From: Candidatus Micrarchaeia archaeon
Lineage (GTDB): Archaea; Micrarchaeota; Micrarchaeia; Burarchaeales; Fermentimicrarchaeaceae
DNA: 64,000 bases
Direction: 5' to 3'
NCBI GenBank assembly: GCA_038871515.1
Contig: JAVZHX010000002.1
Coordinates: 36,641 to 100,640, forward strand
In this document: in pieces, positions 48,277-58,461 of the stretch
Layout: every line of letters begins with the position of its first letter
Numbering within the stretch: position 1 is the first letter of the stretch
Translations under genes and position numbers: made by a program
The notes under the pieces: generated by a model
Seen by the model: the letters and a program-made list of their open reading frames with translations, nothing else
Told to the model about the DNA's origin: nothing
The model's database searches: none

Positions 48277-50058
48277 TTGCAGGATTCCACAGGAAAGGCG
48301 GTAGAGCTAACTCGTTTTCTCTCAGCAAGCCTACCATCTTCATTCAAAATATTCATCCTAATTGTTTTATTCTCTTTTGTTGCAGGTTGCGTTGCTCATC
48401 TTCTCAGCGGTGAGGAGCCAATCCTGTCAGTTGCCAGGGGAGGCGGGGAGGGAATATTCGTACTTGCCGTGCCTGCTGTTCTTTCCTCAGCAGCATGCGT
48501 GCTTATGAAAAGAAGAATAAGCTTCAGAAAGCTTCTTTTCCTTTCGCTTACTTCGTCAGTTATCTACTCATTTTTTTATATATTCGCAAGAGTTATTCGT
48601 TTGGAGTGGGTTAACAGCTTTGATGTGATACTTGTAGGAAATGCGTTTGTTTTTGCTCTGTGGTTTTCTGTTGCTTATATTGTTTTTAACATGAGGAAGA
48701 GCTCTCTTTTGTTTGGAATTGTGCAACCAACCATGAATATAGTTTTCTTCCTTGCGTACAGCCCGATTTCAACTCAGGCGACACCGGAGTTCGCGCTGCT
48801 GAAGCTGTATTTTGCATCCTCAATATTCCTTGTTGCAGTTTACGTTTTGTTCTGGCTTGTGAATGCACCAATGAAGAGAACTTTTGGAGTGTCAAGCATA
48901 GAGGCGGTAAGTCTATTTCTGGCACAGTGGTTTGAGAGGTCAAAAAAGCTGGAGGATATGTTTGAGGAGGTTGGGGTTGAGATAGATACTCTGCTTGGCG
49001 TTATGGCGTTCAGAGTTAAGGAGAAGATGAAGTGTATTTTTGTCATCCCATATGTTCATTACGGCCCTTTTGGCAACTTGGGAGGAAGCGAGTTTCCGTA
49101 TCTTGTTTCAAGTGCGTTAAGCGAAATGTTTGGCGGGGAGGTGATGGTTTTCCACGGAACCGCAACGCACGATTTCAACCCTGTCTCCTCTGAAGAGGCT
49201 GTGAAGTTTATAGAGAAAGGCAAGGAGGTTATCGGTGGTATGAAGTTTGGGAAGGCAACAGGGAGTATAACAACCGCTAAGAGCGGAACGTGCAGAGTGC
49301 ACAGCTTGGTTGTTAACCGAAAGGGATTCGTTGTTCTAACAAGGGCACCGAGAACGACTGAGGATGTGGATTTTTCGCTTGGGCTGGCTTTCAGAAATCA
49401 GGCAATAGCTGCTGGTTTGGAGGAGGCGATGGTTGCTGATGCTCATAATGCTGAAACTGGGGAGATAACGAGGGTGGAAGCAGGGGACCCGCTGAGCTTT
49501 GAATACATGGAGGCAATAAAGAAAGCTGTTGAGAGTGAGAAAAAACCAAAAGCTGTTAAGCTTGGGGTTGCGTCAGATTCATTGATAGACTTGGGGAAGG
49601 AAGCAGGTATAGGAAGAGGGGGGATGAAGGTTGCGCTTTTTGAGTTCAACGGGGAGAGATTTGCGTTTGTTCTTTTGGATGGAAATGGGATACTTCCAAG
49701 CACAAGAAAGGAAATGATAAATGCAGTTAAGGAGCTGGGGGTGAAGTGCGAGGTTATGACAACTGATTCTCACAGCACAAACGTTGTGGGTGGAGTGATA
49801 AACCCAATTGGAAGGAAGCATGGGGAGGAGGTTGTGAGGAGAGCATGCGAGTGCGTGCTGAGAGCAGCAAAAAATATTGAGCCAGTTGAAGCGGATATGA
49901 AGGTAGTTAAAGTGGAGGGAGTGAGGGTTTTTGGGGTGAGCCAATCCCAGCAGTTGATTGGGACTGTGAACTCAATAGTTGCTGTGATGAGGATAGTTGC
50001 ACCGCTTCTGTTACTTGGAGCAGCGCTTTTTGCTCTGTGGGCGATGACTAAAATTTAG
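48277..50058 (+). CDS. DUF2070 family membrane protein
   Basis: N-terminal TMs; HYGPFG.LGGS, FHG..THDFN, DAHN, TTDSH. Confidence 0.85.
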   Translation: MQDSTGKAVELTRFLSASLPSSFKIFILIVLFSFVAGCVAHLLSGEEPILSVARGGGEGIFVLAVPAVLSSAACVLMKRRISFRKLLFLSLTSSVIYSFFYIFARVIRLEWVNSFDVILVGNAFVFALWFSVAYIVFNMRKSSLLFGIVQPTMNIVFFLAYSPISTQATPEFALLKLYFASSIFLVAVYVLFWLVNAPMKRTFGVSSIEAVSLFLAQWFERSKKLEDMFEEVGVEIDTLLGVMAFRVKEKMKCIFVIPYVHYGPFGNLGGSEFPYLVSSALSEMFGGEVMVFHGTATHDFNPVSSEEAVKFIEKGKEVIGGMKFGKATGSITTAKSGTCRVHSLVVNRKGFVVLTRAPRTTEDVDFSLGLAFRNQAIAAGLEEAMVADAHNAETGEITRVEAGDPLSFEYMEAIKKAVESEKKPKAVKLGVASDSLIDLGKEAGIGRGGMKVALFEFNGERFAFVLLDGNGILPSTRKEMINAVKELGVKCEVMTTDSHSTNVVGGVINPIGRKHGEEVVRRACECVLRAAKNIEPVEADMKVVKVEGVRVFGVSQSQQLIGTVNSIVAVMRIVAPLLLLGAALFALWAMTKI

Positions 50059-51430
50059 TTTGAAGGAAAGAGGATTCAAGCTGAATTGCAAGTTTCTTTA
50101 TTTCTGTTTCATCAAGCCTTCCCAATGCAAGAATTGTTTTCTTATCTCCGTCTGTCAGGTATTTTTCTGGGTATCCTTTTATTCCGTATATTTCTGCTGC
50201 TTGCTTTGCCATCTCCAAAACAATTTCGTAACCTGCTTTCTTGTGGCATTCAATGTAATGCTGGGATTCCTGGATGGATGGGTGGACAACCTTTGGGGTT
50301 TTCTCCTCCATTGAGTTTGCAAACCCCATCAGGTTAATTGATAAAGCTAGAAATGGAATTCCATCCTGCTTGAGCTTGCTCCCCTGCATCATTTCCAGGT
50401 AGGCAAGCTTCTCATCATCAGAGGCAGACAGCTTTATCTTCCATGCGTTGTTTTTTGAGTGCCTCTCCTCATGCACTTTGTGCATTTGGGTGAACGCATC
50501 CCTAAATAAGTTTATTGATTCCTGTGAAGCGAAGTTGTATTTCTGCGATGCTTGGAATAACATTCTCAATGTAAGCAACTTCACCTCAAGCATTCTGTCA
50601 TCATGTCCTGTTGTTTCCCTTATTTTATTTGCAAACTTAATTACCTTTGCTTCGTCATACTCCTTGTTGCTTGCAAATAGATTTTTCAAACCATCTTTCA
50701 GAAGCTGGCTGTCAAGCTTGGTGTATATCTGCTTTGGAAGCACATCGTAACCATCTGTGAAGAAGTGCCCTGTGAAAAGCTTTTCGCGGTTTATCGCTCC
50801 ACCTTCACTCACTTCCTTTACATGATTCATCCTTCCTTTAACTTCATCAATTTCATTCTGGTGAATTAGTATGTAAAGTTCGTGCTCATCCTTTCTCAGA
50901 AGGTGAGGTATTATCGCAAAGTAAGAGGAGGGGGAGTTTGTTCCGTATATGTTGAAAACTCTTTTTGTAACTTTAACACCAGCTTCATTCGCAACTTCCC
51001 TTAACTTCTCATTCTCCTCACCATGCGCGTATGCAAATTTCACATAACCATCTTTTGATTCAATTGGAAATGCTTCAAAGAAGTAGCCCCTTCTTCTCAG
51101 GAAAAGTTGAATTGATTCAAGGTTGCCGGAGACAAAGCTTTTCAGGAGTGGGTTGCTCTCCTTCAGGTGCTCGGAGAGAAGCTCAATGTCTCTCTGAAAC
51201 TCAGGAGTGCCGACTTTTTTTGCAGATAATTTCAATTCGCTTGCAATTTTCTGAAGCTCCTTCTTTCTCCGTTCATTTGATATAAGGAGGTTGTTGTTCA
51301 AATCGGTTATTTTTACAAGGGAGTGGGTGATTTCGGCAAGCGTTTGTTTTTCATCAATTTTTTTTACTGCTTTGGAGAATGGTTCCAAAACTACTGGAAT
51401 TCCTTCTTCCTCCTTCAGTTTAACTGACAT
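50048..51430 (-). CDS. orphan protein with HEXXH motif (putative zincin)
   Basis: HEERH at 50459-50473 followed by DEKLAY. Confidence 0.6.
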   Translation of the reverse strand: MSVKLKEEEGIPVVLEPFSKAVKKIDEKQTLAEITHSLVKITDLNNNLLISNERRKKELQKIASELKLSAKKVGTPEFQRDIELLSEHLKESNPLLKSFVSGNLESIQLFLRRRGYFFEAFPIESKDGYVKFAYAHGEENEKLREVANEAGVKVTKRVFNIYGTNSPSSYFAIIPHLLRKDEHELYILIHQNEIDEVKGRMNHVKEVSEGGAINREKLFTGHFFTDGYDVLPKQIYTKLDSQLLKDGLKNLFASNKEYDEAKVIKFANKIRETTGHDDRMLEVKLLTLRMLFQASQKYNFASQESINLFRDAFTQMHKVHEERHSKNNAWKIKLSASDDEKLAYLEMMQGSKLKQDGIPFLALSINLMGFANSMEEKTPKVVHPSIQESQHYIECHKKAGYEIVLEMAKQAAEIYGIKGYPEKYLTDGDKKTILALGRLDETEIKKLAIQLESSFLQTKF

Positions 51431-51504
51431 AATTTATTTTTGTGTTTTGGAGTTTAAATTCCTTAGTGAAGTTATAAATACCCAAAAAAACATATTGCAG
51501 AAAC

Positions 51505-52647
51505 ATGAGGATTGCGTATTACACCGAAACATACCTTCCAAACAAGGATGGAGTTGTCACATCTATTCTAACATTCAAAAAGGCGCTTGAGGAGATGGGG
51601 CATGAGATATTCATATTCGCTGCTGGGGATAAGAAAACAAAGAAGGAAAATAAGGATGAGAAGGTTTTTTATTATTCATCAACTCCTTTCAAGCCCTACC
51701 CAATGTACAGAATTGCGCTTTTTCCCTTCACCTCTCAAAGCAAGGTTAAAAAGCTAGGTATTCAGCTCATTCACTCCCACGGGATGGCAACGATGGGGCT
51801 TGCTGCTGTTGAGGCTGCAAAGATGAATAAACTGCCACTTGTTGCAACTTTTCATACAATGATACCAAGCGCAACTCACTATGTTTCAAAAGCAAAAGTT
51901 GTGAAGGAGCTTGCTGAGAAGTTTGCCTGGAAGTATTTAATATGGTATTACAAGAAGTGCGATGCGGTGGTTGCACCGAGCGTTGTTATAAAGGAGATGC
52001 TGGAGGAGAGAGGTTTGACTGGAGTGCATGTGATACCAACAGGTATTGATATAAGAAAATTCAACCCTGAGAATGATGGAAGGGTTATGAGGAAGGAGTG
52101 GGGGATGGAGAGGAATAAAATAATATTGAATGTTGGTAGATTGGTGCTTGAGAAAAACCTTGACACACTTATAAAATCGTCTCTGCTGGTGCTTGAGGAG
52201 TTTTCTGATGCCAGGTTTGTTATTGTTGGGGAAGGGCCGGCAACAGATTATTATAAGAAGCTGGTGAGCAAAACGGGGGTTGGGAAGTGGTTTAAGTTTG
52301 TAAACGAGGTAGTTCCAGCTGAGAAGATGCCTCTTGTTTACGCTGCAGCTGATGTTTTTGCAATTCCTTCAAAGTTTGAAACCCAAGGTATAGTTGTTCA
52401 GGAGGCGATGGCAAGCGGCAAGCCGGTTGTTGGCGCAGATTACCTTGCTTTGAGGGAAATTATAAGGGATGGGTATAATGGTTACAAGTTCAACCCAGAC
52501 GACCCGGAGGAGTGCGCTGAGAAGATAATAAAAGCATTGAAAAAGAAGGAGGAGTTGGGAAAAAATGCAAGAAAGACTGCTGAAGCATTCTCTGTTGAGA
52601 ACTGCGCGAAGAGGATGGTTGAGCTGTATGAGAGGATGGTGCTATGA
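51505..52647 (+). CDS. glycosyltransferase family 4
   Basis: TETYLP..DGV, VGRL..EKN, ETQGIV..EAMASG. Confidence 0.92.
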   Translation: MRIAYYTETYLPNKDGVVTSILTFKKALEEMGHEIFIFAAGDKKTKKENKDEKVFYYSSTPFKPYPMYRIALFPFTSQSKVKKLGIQLIHSHGMATMGLAAVEAAKMNKLPLVATFHTMIPSATHYVSKAKVVKELAEKFAWKYLIWYYKKCDAVVAPSVVIKEMLEERGLTGVHVIPTGIDIRKFNPENDGRVMRKEWGMERNKIILNVGRLVLEKNLDTLIKSSLLVLEEFSDARFVIVGEGPATDYYKKLVSKTGVGKWFKFVNEVVPAEKMPLVYAAADVFAIPSKFETQGIVVQEAMASGKPVVGADYLALREIIRDGYNGYKFNPDDPEECAEKIIKALKKKEELGKNARKTAEAFSVENCAKRMVELYERMVL

Positions 52648-53342
52648 TATCGGTTGTTATACCCACTTTGAATGAGGGGAATGTGATTGAGAGATGCCTG
52701 AAATCTTTGAAAGAGCAAACGTATAAGGAGTTTGAAGTGGTTGTTGTTGATTCAGGAAGCAAGGATGGAACGGTTGAGATAGCTGAAAAATATGGGGCGA
52801 GGGTGATATACGAGCCGAGGAGAGGGGTGCCGCTTGCAAGAAACAGAGGTGCAAGAGAATCAAAAGGGGAGATAGTTGCATGCACAGATGGGGATACTGT
52901 TTTTCCCCCTTACTGGTTGGAAAGGATAGCGAAGCATTTTGAAAACAAGGAAGTTGTTGCAGTTGGAGGCCCTGTTGAGCCGTTGGATAGAAAGCTGAAG
53001 CACAGGCTGATATTTAAAATAACAACTGATTACTTCGCAAGGTTTGCAATGTTATTTGGGTTTGTTGTTTTCCATGGATGCAATTCATCATTCAGAAAGG
53101 AAATATATATGAAGGCAGGGGGTTACAACGAGGGGATAAAGACGCTTGATGACAATGAGTTTCCAAACAGAATAAAAAAATTCGGAAAAGTTGTTTTTGA
53201 CCCCTCGCTTGCAGTGAAAACATCTACAAGAAGGTTTGAGAAAGCGGGTTATGTTGGGGAAACGCTGCACTACTGGAAAGCATATTTTGATTTGTATGTT
53301 TTGAAAAAAGGAAAGACGGATGAGTATAAGTTTTACAAGTGA
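52644..53342 (+). CDS. glycosyltransferase family 2
   Basis: VIPTLNE, VDSGSKD, ARN.G, TDGD, STRR. Confidence 0.9.
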   Translation: MISVVIPTLNEGNVIERCLKSLKEQTYKEFEVVVVDSGSKDGTVEIAEKYGARVIYEPRRGVPLARNRGARESKGEIVACTDGDTVFPPYWLERIAKHFENKEVVAVGGPVEPLDRKLKHRLIFKITTDYFARFAMLFGFVVFHGCNSSFRKEIYMKAGGYNEGIKTLDDNEFPNRIKKFGKVVFDPSLAVKTSTRRFEKAGYVGETLHYWKAYFDLYVLKKGKTDEYKFYK

Positions 53343-54487
53343 GAGAGAACCCTCTCATATATTTTTTCATATCTTTTTGCAGCAATGTCCCACGTGAAGT
53401 TCTCAACAGCCCTCTTCCTTGAGTTTCTCTCCATTCTTCTTCTCATCTTATCATTTTCAAGAAGAAGTTTTATTTTATCATGTAACTCATGCGCGTTGTG
53501 CGGAGGAACAAGCATGCCGCATTCCTCGCTCACTATCTCCGGGTTTCCTCCAACACGAGTTGCAACGATTGCTTTTCCAGATGCAAGTGCCTCGTAAAGA
53601 ACAACCGCAGAAGGCTCCCACAGACTGGGCAGCACAAACAGGGTTGCGTTGTTGTAGTAAAGCGGAAGCTCCTCCTCAGGTATTCCTGTTACAAAAAAAA
53701 CAGAATCCTGAACTCCCAAACGGAAGCATTGGCTTCCCAAAGTATCGCGCAGAGGACCCTTTCCTATTATTATAAGTTTAGCATCCCTGAAATCCTTCTT
53801 CAGCATGTAGAAAGCCTCTATTAAATAGTGCAAGCCTTTCTGCGGTATAAGGCGGGCGTTTGTGAGAAGGAGTGGCGAGTCTCCTATGTTGAATTTCTCC
53901 CTTATTGAATCATCCTTTCTTGGCTTGAAGCGTTTTTCATCAACCCCGTTGTAAACAACCTCTGTTTTGTTTTGCATGTAGTGAGGAACGGTTACTTCTT
54001 TGGTATACCTGCTTACCGCAGTTATTCTGTTGCAGTTCTCCATTATTCTATACCCCCAAACTGCATCGTAAAGCGCAGCGCATTTATCTGTTAAAAAGGA
54101 GATGCCAGCGGGCTTTGCGTTATGAAGCGTCAGCATCAGCTTCTTTCTCATAATCTGCTTTATTGCGAGAATTGTTCCAAGGTAGTAGAAGTATCTGCAG
54201 TGTATATGAAAGATATCTGCTTCCTTTCTTTTCAGCAAATCCTTCACAAGAAAAGGTGAAATTGTGTAGGGAGGTGGCATGAAGGAGGGGAGGTTTTTTA
54301 TGTATATTGAGGGAGTTCGGTAAACCTTCATCCCCTCAATTTCCTCATACGGTTTCGTCCCAGGTATTTGAGATGTGAGTATTGTTATACCGTGCTTTTT
54401 GGCAAGCCTCTTTCCAAACTCATAAACAACCTTCTCGGTGCCACCGAAGTATGGGTAGAACAGCGGGTCGAGCATGCATATCTCCAT
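53333..54487 (-). CDS. glycosyltransferase family 4
   Basis: GGTE, YNGVD, RL..QKG, EP......EALASG. Confidence 0.92.
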   Translation of the reverse strand: MEICMLDPLFYPYFGGTEKVVYEFGKRLAKKHGITILTSQIPGTKPYEEIEGMKVYRTPSIYIKNLPSFMPPPYTISPFLVKDLLKRKEADIFHIHCRYFYYLGTILAIKQIMRKKLMLTLHNAKPAGISFLTDKCAALYDAVWGYRIMENCNRITAVSRYTKEVTVPHYMQNKTEVVYNGVDEKRFKPRKDDSIREKFNIGDSPLLLTNARLIPQKGLHYLIEAFYMLKKDFRDAKLIIIGKGPLRDTLGSQCFRLGVQDSVFFVTGIPEEELPLYYNNATLFVLPSLWEPSAVVLYEALASGKAIVATRVGGNPEIVSEECGMLVPPHNAHELHDKIKLLLENDKMRRRMERNSRKRAVENFTWDIAAKRYEKIYERVLSHL

Positions 54488-54495
54488 GCAACCAC

Positions 54496-55740
54496 CTAAA
54501 TCACAAACGACTCCCCATTTTTTGGCGCAACCGCATCATACCCTTTCAAGCGGAGCTCCTCCGCAAAAGTATCAGCTGTTTCCCCATGCACGCAGAATAT
54601 TTTCTCTGGTGATGCTTTCTCAATGAACTCCAGCAAATCTGAGCGGGAGGCGTGGGCGCTCAAATCAAAATATTTAACAGGAGTTTCAACTTTATGTGTG
54701 ACGCCATCAACCTTTACTCTTCCCTCCTCAAGCAACCTTCTTCCATTTGTGCCTGGCACCTGAAAGCCGGTTAATATTATCTCCGATTCATCGTTTAGCG
54801 AGAGAAGGTATCTGAGCGCAGGCCCTCCCTCAAGCATCCCTGCTGGAGAGACTATCACGCTTGGCTTGGAAAGCGCTTTCCTTCTCTGCCCAGGGCTGTT
54901 CACCCACTCAACTGTCTTCAAACAGCTTCTCAGGTATTTTGCGTTCTTTATATAGCTTGGGTAGTCAAGTATTATCTCTGATGCTGTTTTTGCCATTCCG
55001 TCAAGGAATATTTTTATTTCGCCGTCAAAGTATCTTAGAAGTTGAATTACTTCCTGGCTTCTTCCAACAGCAAAGCACGGAAGGAGGGCATTTCCTCCTC
55101 TCTCAAGCACTGAGATAACTTCCTCGTAAAGCTCCTCCTCAAGCTTTTTCCTTTCCGGATGCTCAGTGTGGGAGTAGGTGCTTTCAATGATTAAAACGTC
55201 ACAGTTGTCTATGCATTCTGCTCCTTTATGCATCCATGTTTCACCCAGTTTGAAGTCTCCTGTGTAGACAACTCTCTTCCTCTCGCAGTTTAACGTTAGA
55301 ATGGTGCTCCCAGGTATGTGCCCTGCATCTGTGAACTGCATTGTTATGTTTTTTGATATTCGGAAGTTCTGCTTGTAGGTTACTGGTATGAAGTTCTGCA
55401 GCATTTTTTTGAAGTCGGCTGTTGTGAAGCCCACCTTCTGTTTTTTCAGCTTCTGCACCTTCATTGAATCCTTAACGAGAAGCGCTGAGAGAGCTTGGGT
55501 GGGGTAGGTTGCAATTGTGGGAGGGGAGCAGTATTGATAAACTGCCGGCACAAACCCGGAGTGGTCAAGGTGGGCGTGGGAGAGTATAACGTAATCAACA
55601 AACCCCTGAAATGGCATGGGGTATTCAGTTCTGTTGTGCAGCTTTATTCCATACTCAAGAAGAAGCCTTTTTTCATCCTCAAGAAGGAAGGCGGACCTTC
55701 CAACCTCGCGGCTCCCCCCAAGAAAAGTCAGCTTCATCAA
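54496..55740 (-). CDS. MBL/beta-CASP ribonuclease (aCPSF2-like)
   Basis: GGSREVGRS, SHAHLDHSG, AGHIPGS, TGD, ESTY, SAHA, VHGE. Confidence 0.9.
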   Translation of the reverse strand: MMKLTFLGGSREVGRSAFLLEDEKRLLLEYGIKLHNRTEYPMPFQGFVDYVILSHAHLDHSGFVPAVYQYCSPPTIATYPTQALSALLVKDSMKVQKLKKQKVGFTTADFKKMLQNFIPVTYKQNFRISKNITMQFTDAGHIPGSTILTLNCERKRVVYTGDFKLGETWMHKGAECIDNCDVLIIESTYSHTEHPERKKLEEELYEEVISVLERGGNALLPCFAVGRSQEVIQLLRYFDGEIKIFLDGMAKTASEIILDYPSYIKNAKYLRSCLKTVEWVNSPGQRRKALSKPSVIVSPAGMLEGGPALRYLLSLNDESEIILTGFQVPGTNGRRLLEEGRVKVDGVTHKVETPVKYFDLSAHASRSDLLEFIEKASPEKIFCVHGETADTFAEELRLKGYDAVAPKNGESFVI

Positions 55741-55775
55741 TTAACTATTTAAAGGTTAATTAAAAAAAGCTTATC

Positions 55776-56456
55776 GTGGAGGAGCTTACTTTTCTGGATT
55801 TGGTGGTTCTGCAGAGAATAGAGCCAGGCACGGTTATTGAAAAGTTTGGGCCGAAGATTAATTCGTCTTTCTTTGAGGCAGCAAACATACTGGGGACGAT
55901 GAAGCAGAAGGGGTATATTGATTTCAAGTCAACCTATCCAGGTCCAAGTGAGGTTGAGGTAACTGGAGTTGGGGCGAGGGTGCTGGAGGTTGCAGATGAG
56001 AAAGCACAGGAGGCAGTTGACGAGCTTGATGTTGCGATACTTCAAAGTATAGTTAAGGGAGTGGTTGACCCAGAGGGGATAAAGAGTGAGCTGAATGTGA
56101 GAAGCGGGGATATTGCGTTTCACATACATAAACTTGTTAAGCAGGATATGGTGAGCTACTCAATAAAGAGTGGCAAGATAACTCTCAGCGTGACTGAGGA
56201 TGGGTTCAAGAGGGTTGGGGTTCCGAAGGTTGAGAAGCCGGCTGAGGAGATAATTGTAACCGGAGAGGCTCCGAAGGAAGCTCCTCCTGCTGAGCCAGTG
56301 AAGCTTGATAGGTGGACAAGGTTGAAAGCGAAGTGGGAGTATTATGTTGAGAAGTTTAAGAAAAACCCGAAAATGCTTGTGGTTTATGCGGTTGTGTTGC
56401 TTGTGCTGTTTCTTATAGTAGTTTACTTGCTTCTGTTTTTCAGAATGGGTAGTTAG
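55776..56456 (+). CDS. tandem winged-helix protein with C-terminal TM anchor
   Basis: Two LD..(V/I)LQ.I...T..G repeats; P/E linker; terminal TM. Confidence 0.65.
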   Translation: MEELTFLDLVVLQRIEPGTVIEKFGPKINSSFFEAANILGTMKQKGYIDFKSTYPGPSEVEVTGVGARVLEVADEKAQEAVDELDVAILQSIVKGVVDPEGIKSELNVRSGDIAFHIHKLVKQDMVSYSIKSGKITLSVTEDGFKRVGVPKVEKPAEEIIVTGEAPKEAPPAEPVKLDRWTRLKAKWEYYVEKFKKNPKMLVVYAVVLLVLFLIVVYLLLFFRMGS

Positions 56457-56457
56457 A

Positions 56458-57072
56458 ATGAGATACTCAGAGGCAGTTGCGCTGGTTAAAAGGTATGGGG
56501 TGGAGTTTCTGGAGGGAGTAGTTACAAGAAGTGTTGAGGAAGCGGTGAAAGTTGCGGAGTATCCTGTTGCAATTAAAATAGTATCTGAGGAGATAACACA
56601 TAAAACAGACAGAGGGTGCGTGAAACTCAATATAAAGGATGAGGGTTCTTTAAGAAAAAATTATGAGGAAGTTTTGAGAAATGCTGGGGGAGCAAAAATT
56701 GAGGGGGTGCTTGTTCAGAGAATGGCAAAGCCTGGTGTGGAGCTGATTGTTGGTGGAAGGAGGGATGAGCAGTTCGGCGCAGTTGTTCTTTTTGGTTTGG
56801 GGGGGGTGTTTGTTGAGGTTTTCAGGGATTTTTCGTTGAGGGTTTGTCCAATTGATAGGGAGGATGCGCTTGAGATGATGAAGGAGGTTAAAGCATATCC
56901 CATTTTGGCTGGGGCAAGAGGAGCGAAGTATGATGTTGAGGCGCTTGCGGATTTGTTGCAGAAAGTTTCAAAACTGCTTTATGAAAACAAGCAGATAAAT
57001 GAGATGGATTTGAACCCAGTTATTGTTTATGAAAAGGGTTATTGCGCTGTTGATGTGAGGGTGATGCCTTGA
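56458..57072 (+). CDS. acdB: ADP-forming acetyl-CoA synthetase beta subunit
   Basis: YPVA.K..S..I.HKTD.G.V, FG..V.FGLGGVFVE, DLNP. Confidence 0.92.
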   Translation: MRYSEAVALVKRYGVEFLEGVVTRSVEEAVKVAEYPVAIKIVSEEITHKTDRGCVKLNIKDEGSLRKNYEEVLRNAGGAKIEGVLVQRMAKPGVELIVGGRRDEQFGAVVLFGLGGVFVEVFRDFSLRVCPIDREDALEMMKEVKAYPILAGARGAKYDVEALADLLQKVSKLLYENKQINEMDLNPVIVYEKGYCAVDVRVMP

Positions 57073-58436
57073 ATATTGATGTTCTTTTTGACCCGAAAAG
57101 CGTTGCGGTTGTTGGTGCATCGCGAGAGCCGAGCAAGATAGGGCATGTGCTGCTGAGGAATTTTATTGAGGGTGGTTTCAGAGGGGAGGTTTACCCAATA
57201 AACCCGAAAGCAGATGAGATACTTGGTTTGAAGTGCTATATGGGAGTGAGCAATGTGAAGGGGGAGGTGGATTTGGCGGTTATAGCAATACCTGCCAAGC
57301 TTGTTCCAAACGCGTTGAGGGAGTGCGGGGAGAAAGGAGTGAAGGGAGCAATAGTGATAAGCGGTGGTTTCTCAGAGGTTGGGAATGTTGAGCTTGAGAA
57401 TGAATTGAGGGAAGTTTGTTTGAAGTATGATATTGCATGCCTTGGGCCGAACTGCATGGGAGTAATAAACCCATTGACAAGAGTTGACAGTGTATTCATT
57501 CCAACGTATAAAATGGGAAGGCCGAAGCTTGGTGGAGTGAGCTTCATAAGCCAGAGCGGTGCAATTGGCGGTGCTGTGCTTGATTTGATGGCAAGACAGG
57601 GGTTTGGGATGGCGAAGTTTGTTTCCTATGGAAATGGAGCTGTGATTGATGAAACTGATTTGTTGAGGTATATGGCTGATGATGAGAAAACAAGGACGAT
57701 TGTGCTTTATATAGAAGGAGTTAGAAGAGGAAGGGAGTTCTTTGAAACGCTTAGAGGAGTTACCAAGAGAAAGCCAGTTGTTATTTTGAAAGGAGGGAAA
57801 ACAAGCGGTGGGGCTGCTGCAACAAAGTCACATACTGGCTCGCTGGCTGGGAATGCGGAAGTTTATGAGGCAGTTTTCAAGCAGTGCAAAGCGACTGAAG
57901 CGAGAAGTTTGGATGAAGTGTTTAGCTTTTCAAAGTTGTTTGAGTCACAGCCTTTCTGCAGCGGTGAGAGGGTTGGGATAATAACGAATGGCGGTGGTTT
58001 GGCGGTGATTGCAGCGGACAGCGTTGAGGAGAATGGGTTGAAGCTTGCTGAGCTGAGCGAGGAGAGCATTAAAAAGATAAAGGAAAGGGTTCCTGCGTAT
58101 GTTAATGTGAAGAATCCGCTTGATTTGAGCGGGGATGCGGGTGCTGAAAGGTTTGAGGTTGCTATAAATGCAATGCTGGAGGATTCAAACGTGGATTCGC
58201 TGCTTGTTGGAGTTCTCTTCCAAACAGAAAGTATTGATTCAAGAGTTGTGAGCATGATTATTGAGGCTTCTAATTTGAAAAGAAAACCGATAGTTGTTGT
58301 TTGCCCTGGTGGGGAATACGCCGAGGTTCACGGCAGAATACTGGAGAACTGCGGTGTTCCCACCTACACATCGTCATCATCTGCAATAAGAGCTTTGAGG
58401 AAGCTTGTGGATTATTCGAAGTTTGTTGGGAAGTAG
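57069..58436 (+). CDS. acdA: ADP-forming acetyl-CoA synthetase alpha subunit
   Basis: PKSVAVVGAS, GPNC.G, SQSG, SHTG, TNGGG, NPLD. Confidence 0.93.
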   Translation: MNIDVLFDPKSVAVVGASREPSKIGHVLLRNFIEGGFRGEVYPINPKADEILGLKCYMGVSNVKGEVDLAVIAIPAKLVPNALRECGEKGVKGAIVISGGFSEVGNVELENELREVCLKYDIACLGPNCMGVINPLTRVDSVFIPTYKMGRPKLGGVSFISQSGAIGGAVLDLMARQGFGMAKFVSYGNGAVIDETDLLRYMADDEKTRTIVLYIEGVRRGREFFETLRGVTKRKPVVILKGGKTSGGAAATKSHTGSLAGNAEVYEAVFKQCKATEARSLDEVFSFSKLFESQPFCSGERVGIITNGGGLAVIAADSVEENGLKLAELSEESIKKIKERVPAYVNVKNPLDLSGDAGAERFEVAINAMLEDSNVDSLLVGVLFQTESIDSRVVSMIIEASNLKRKPIVVVCPGGEYAEVHGRILENCGVPTYTSSSSAIRALRKLVDYSKFVGK

Positions 58437-58461
58437 TTTAAAATTTTAAAATAAAAAATAG

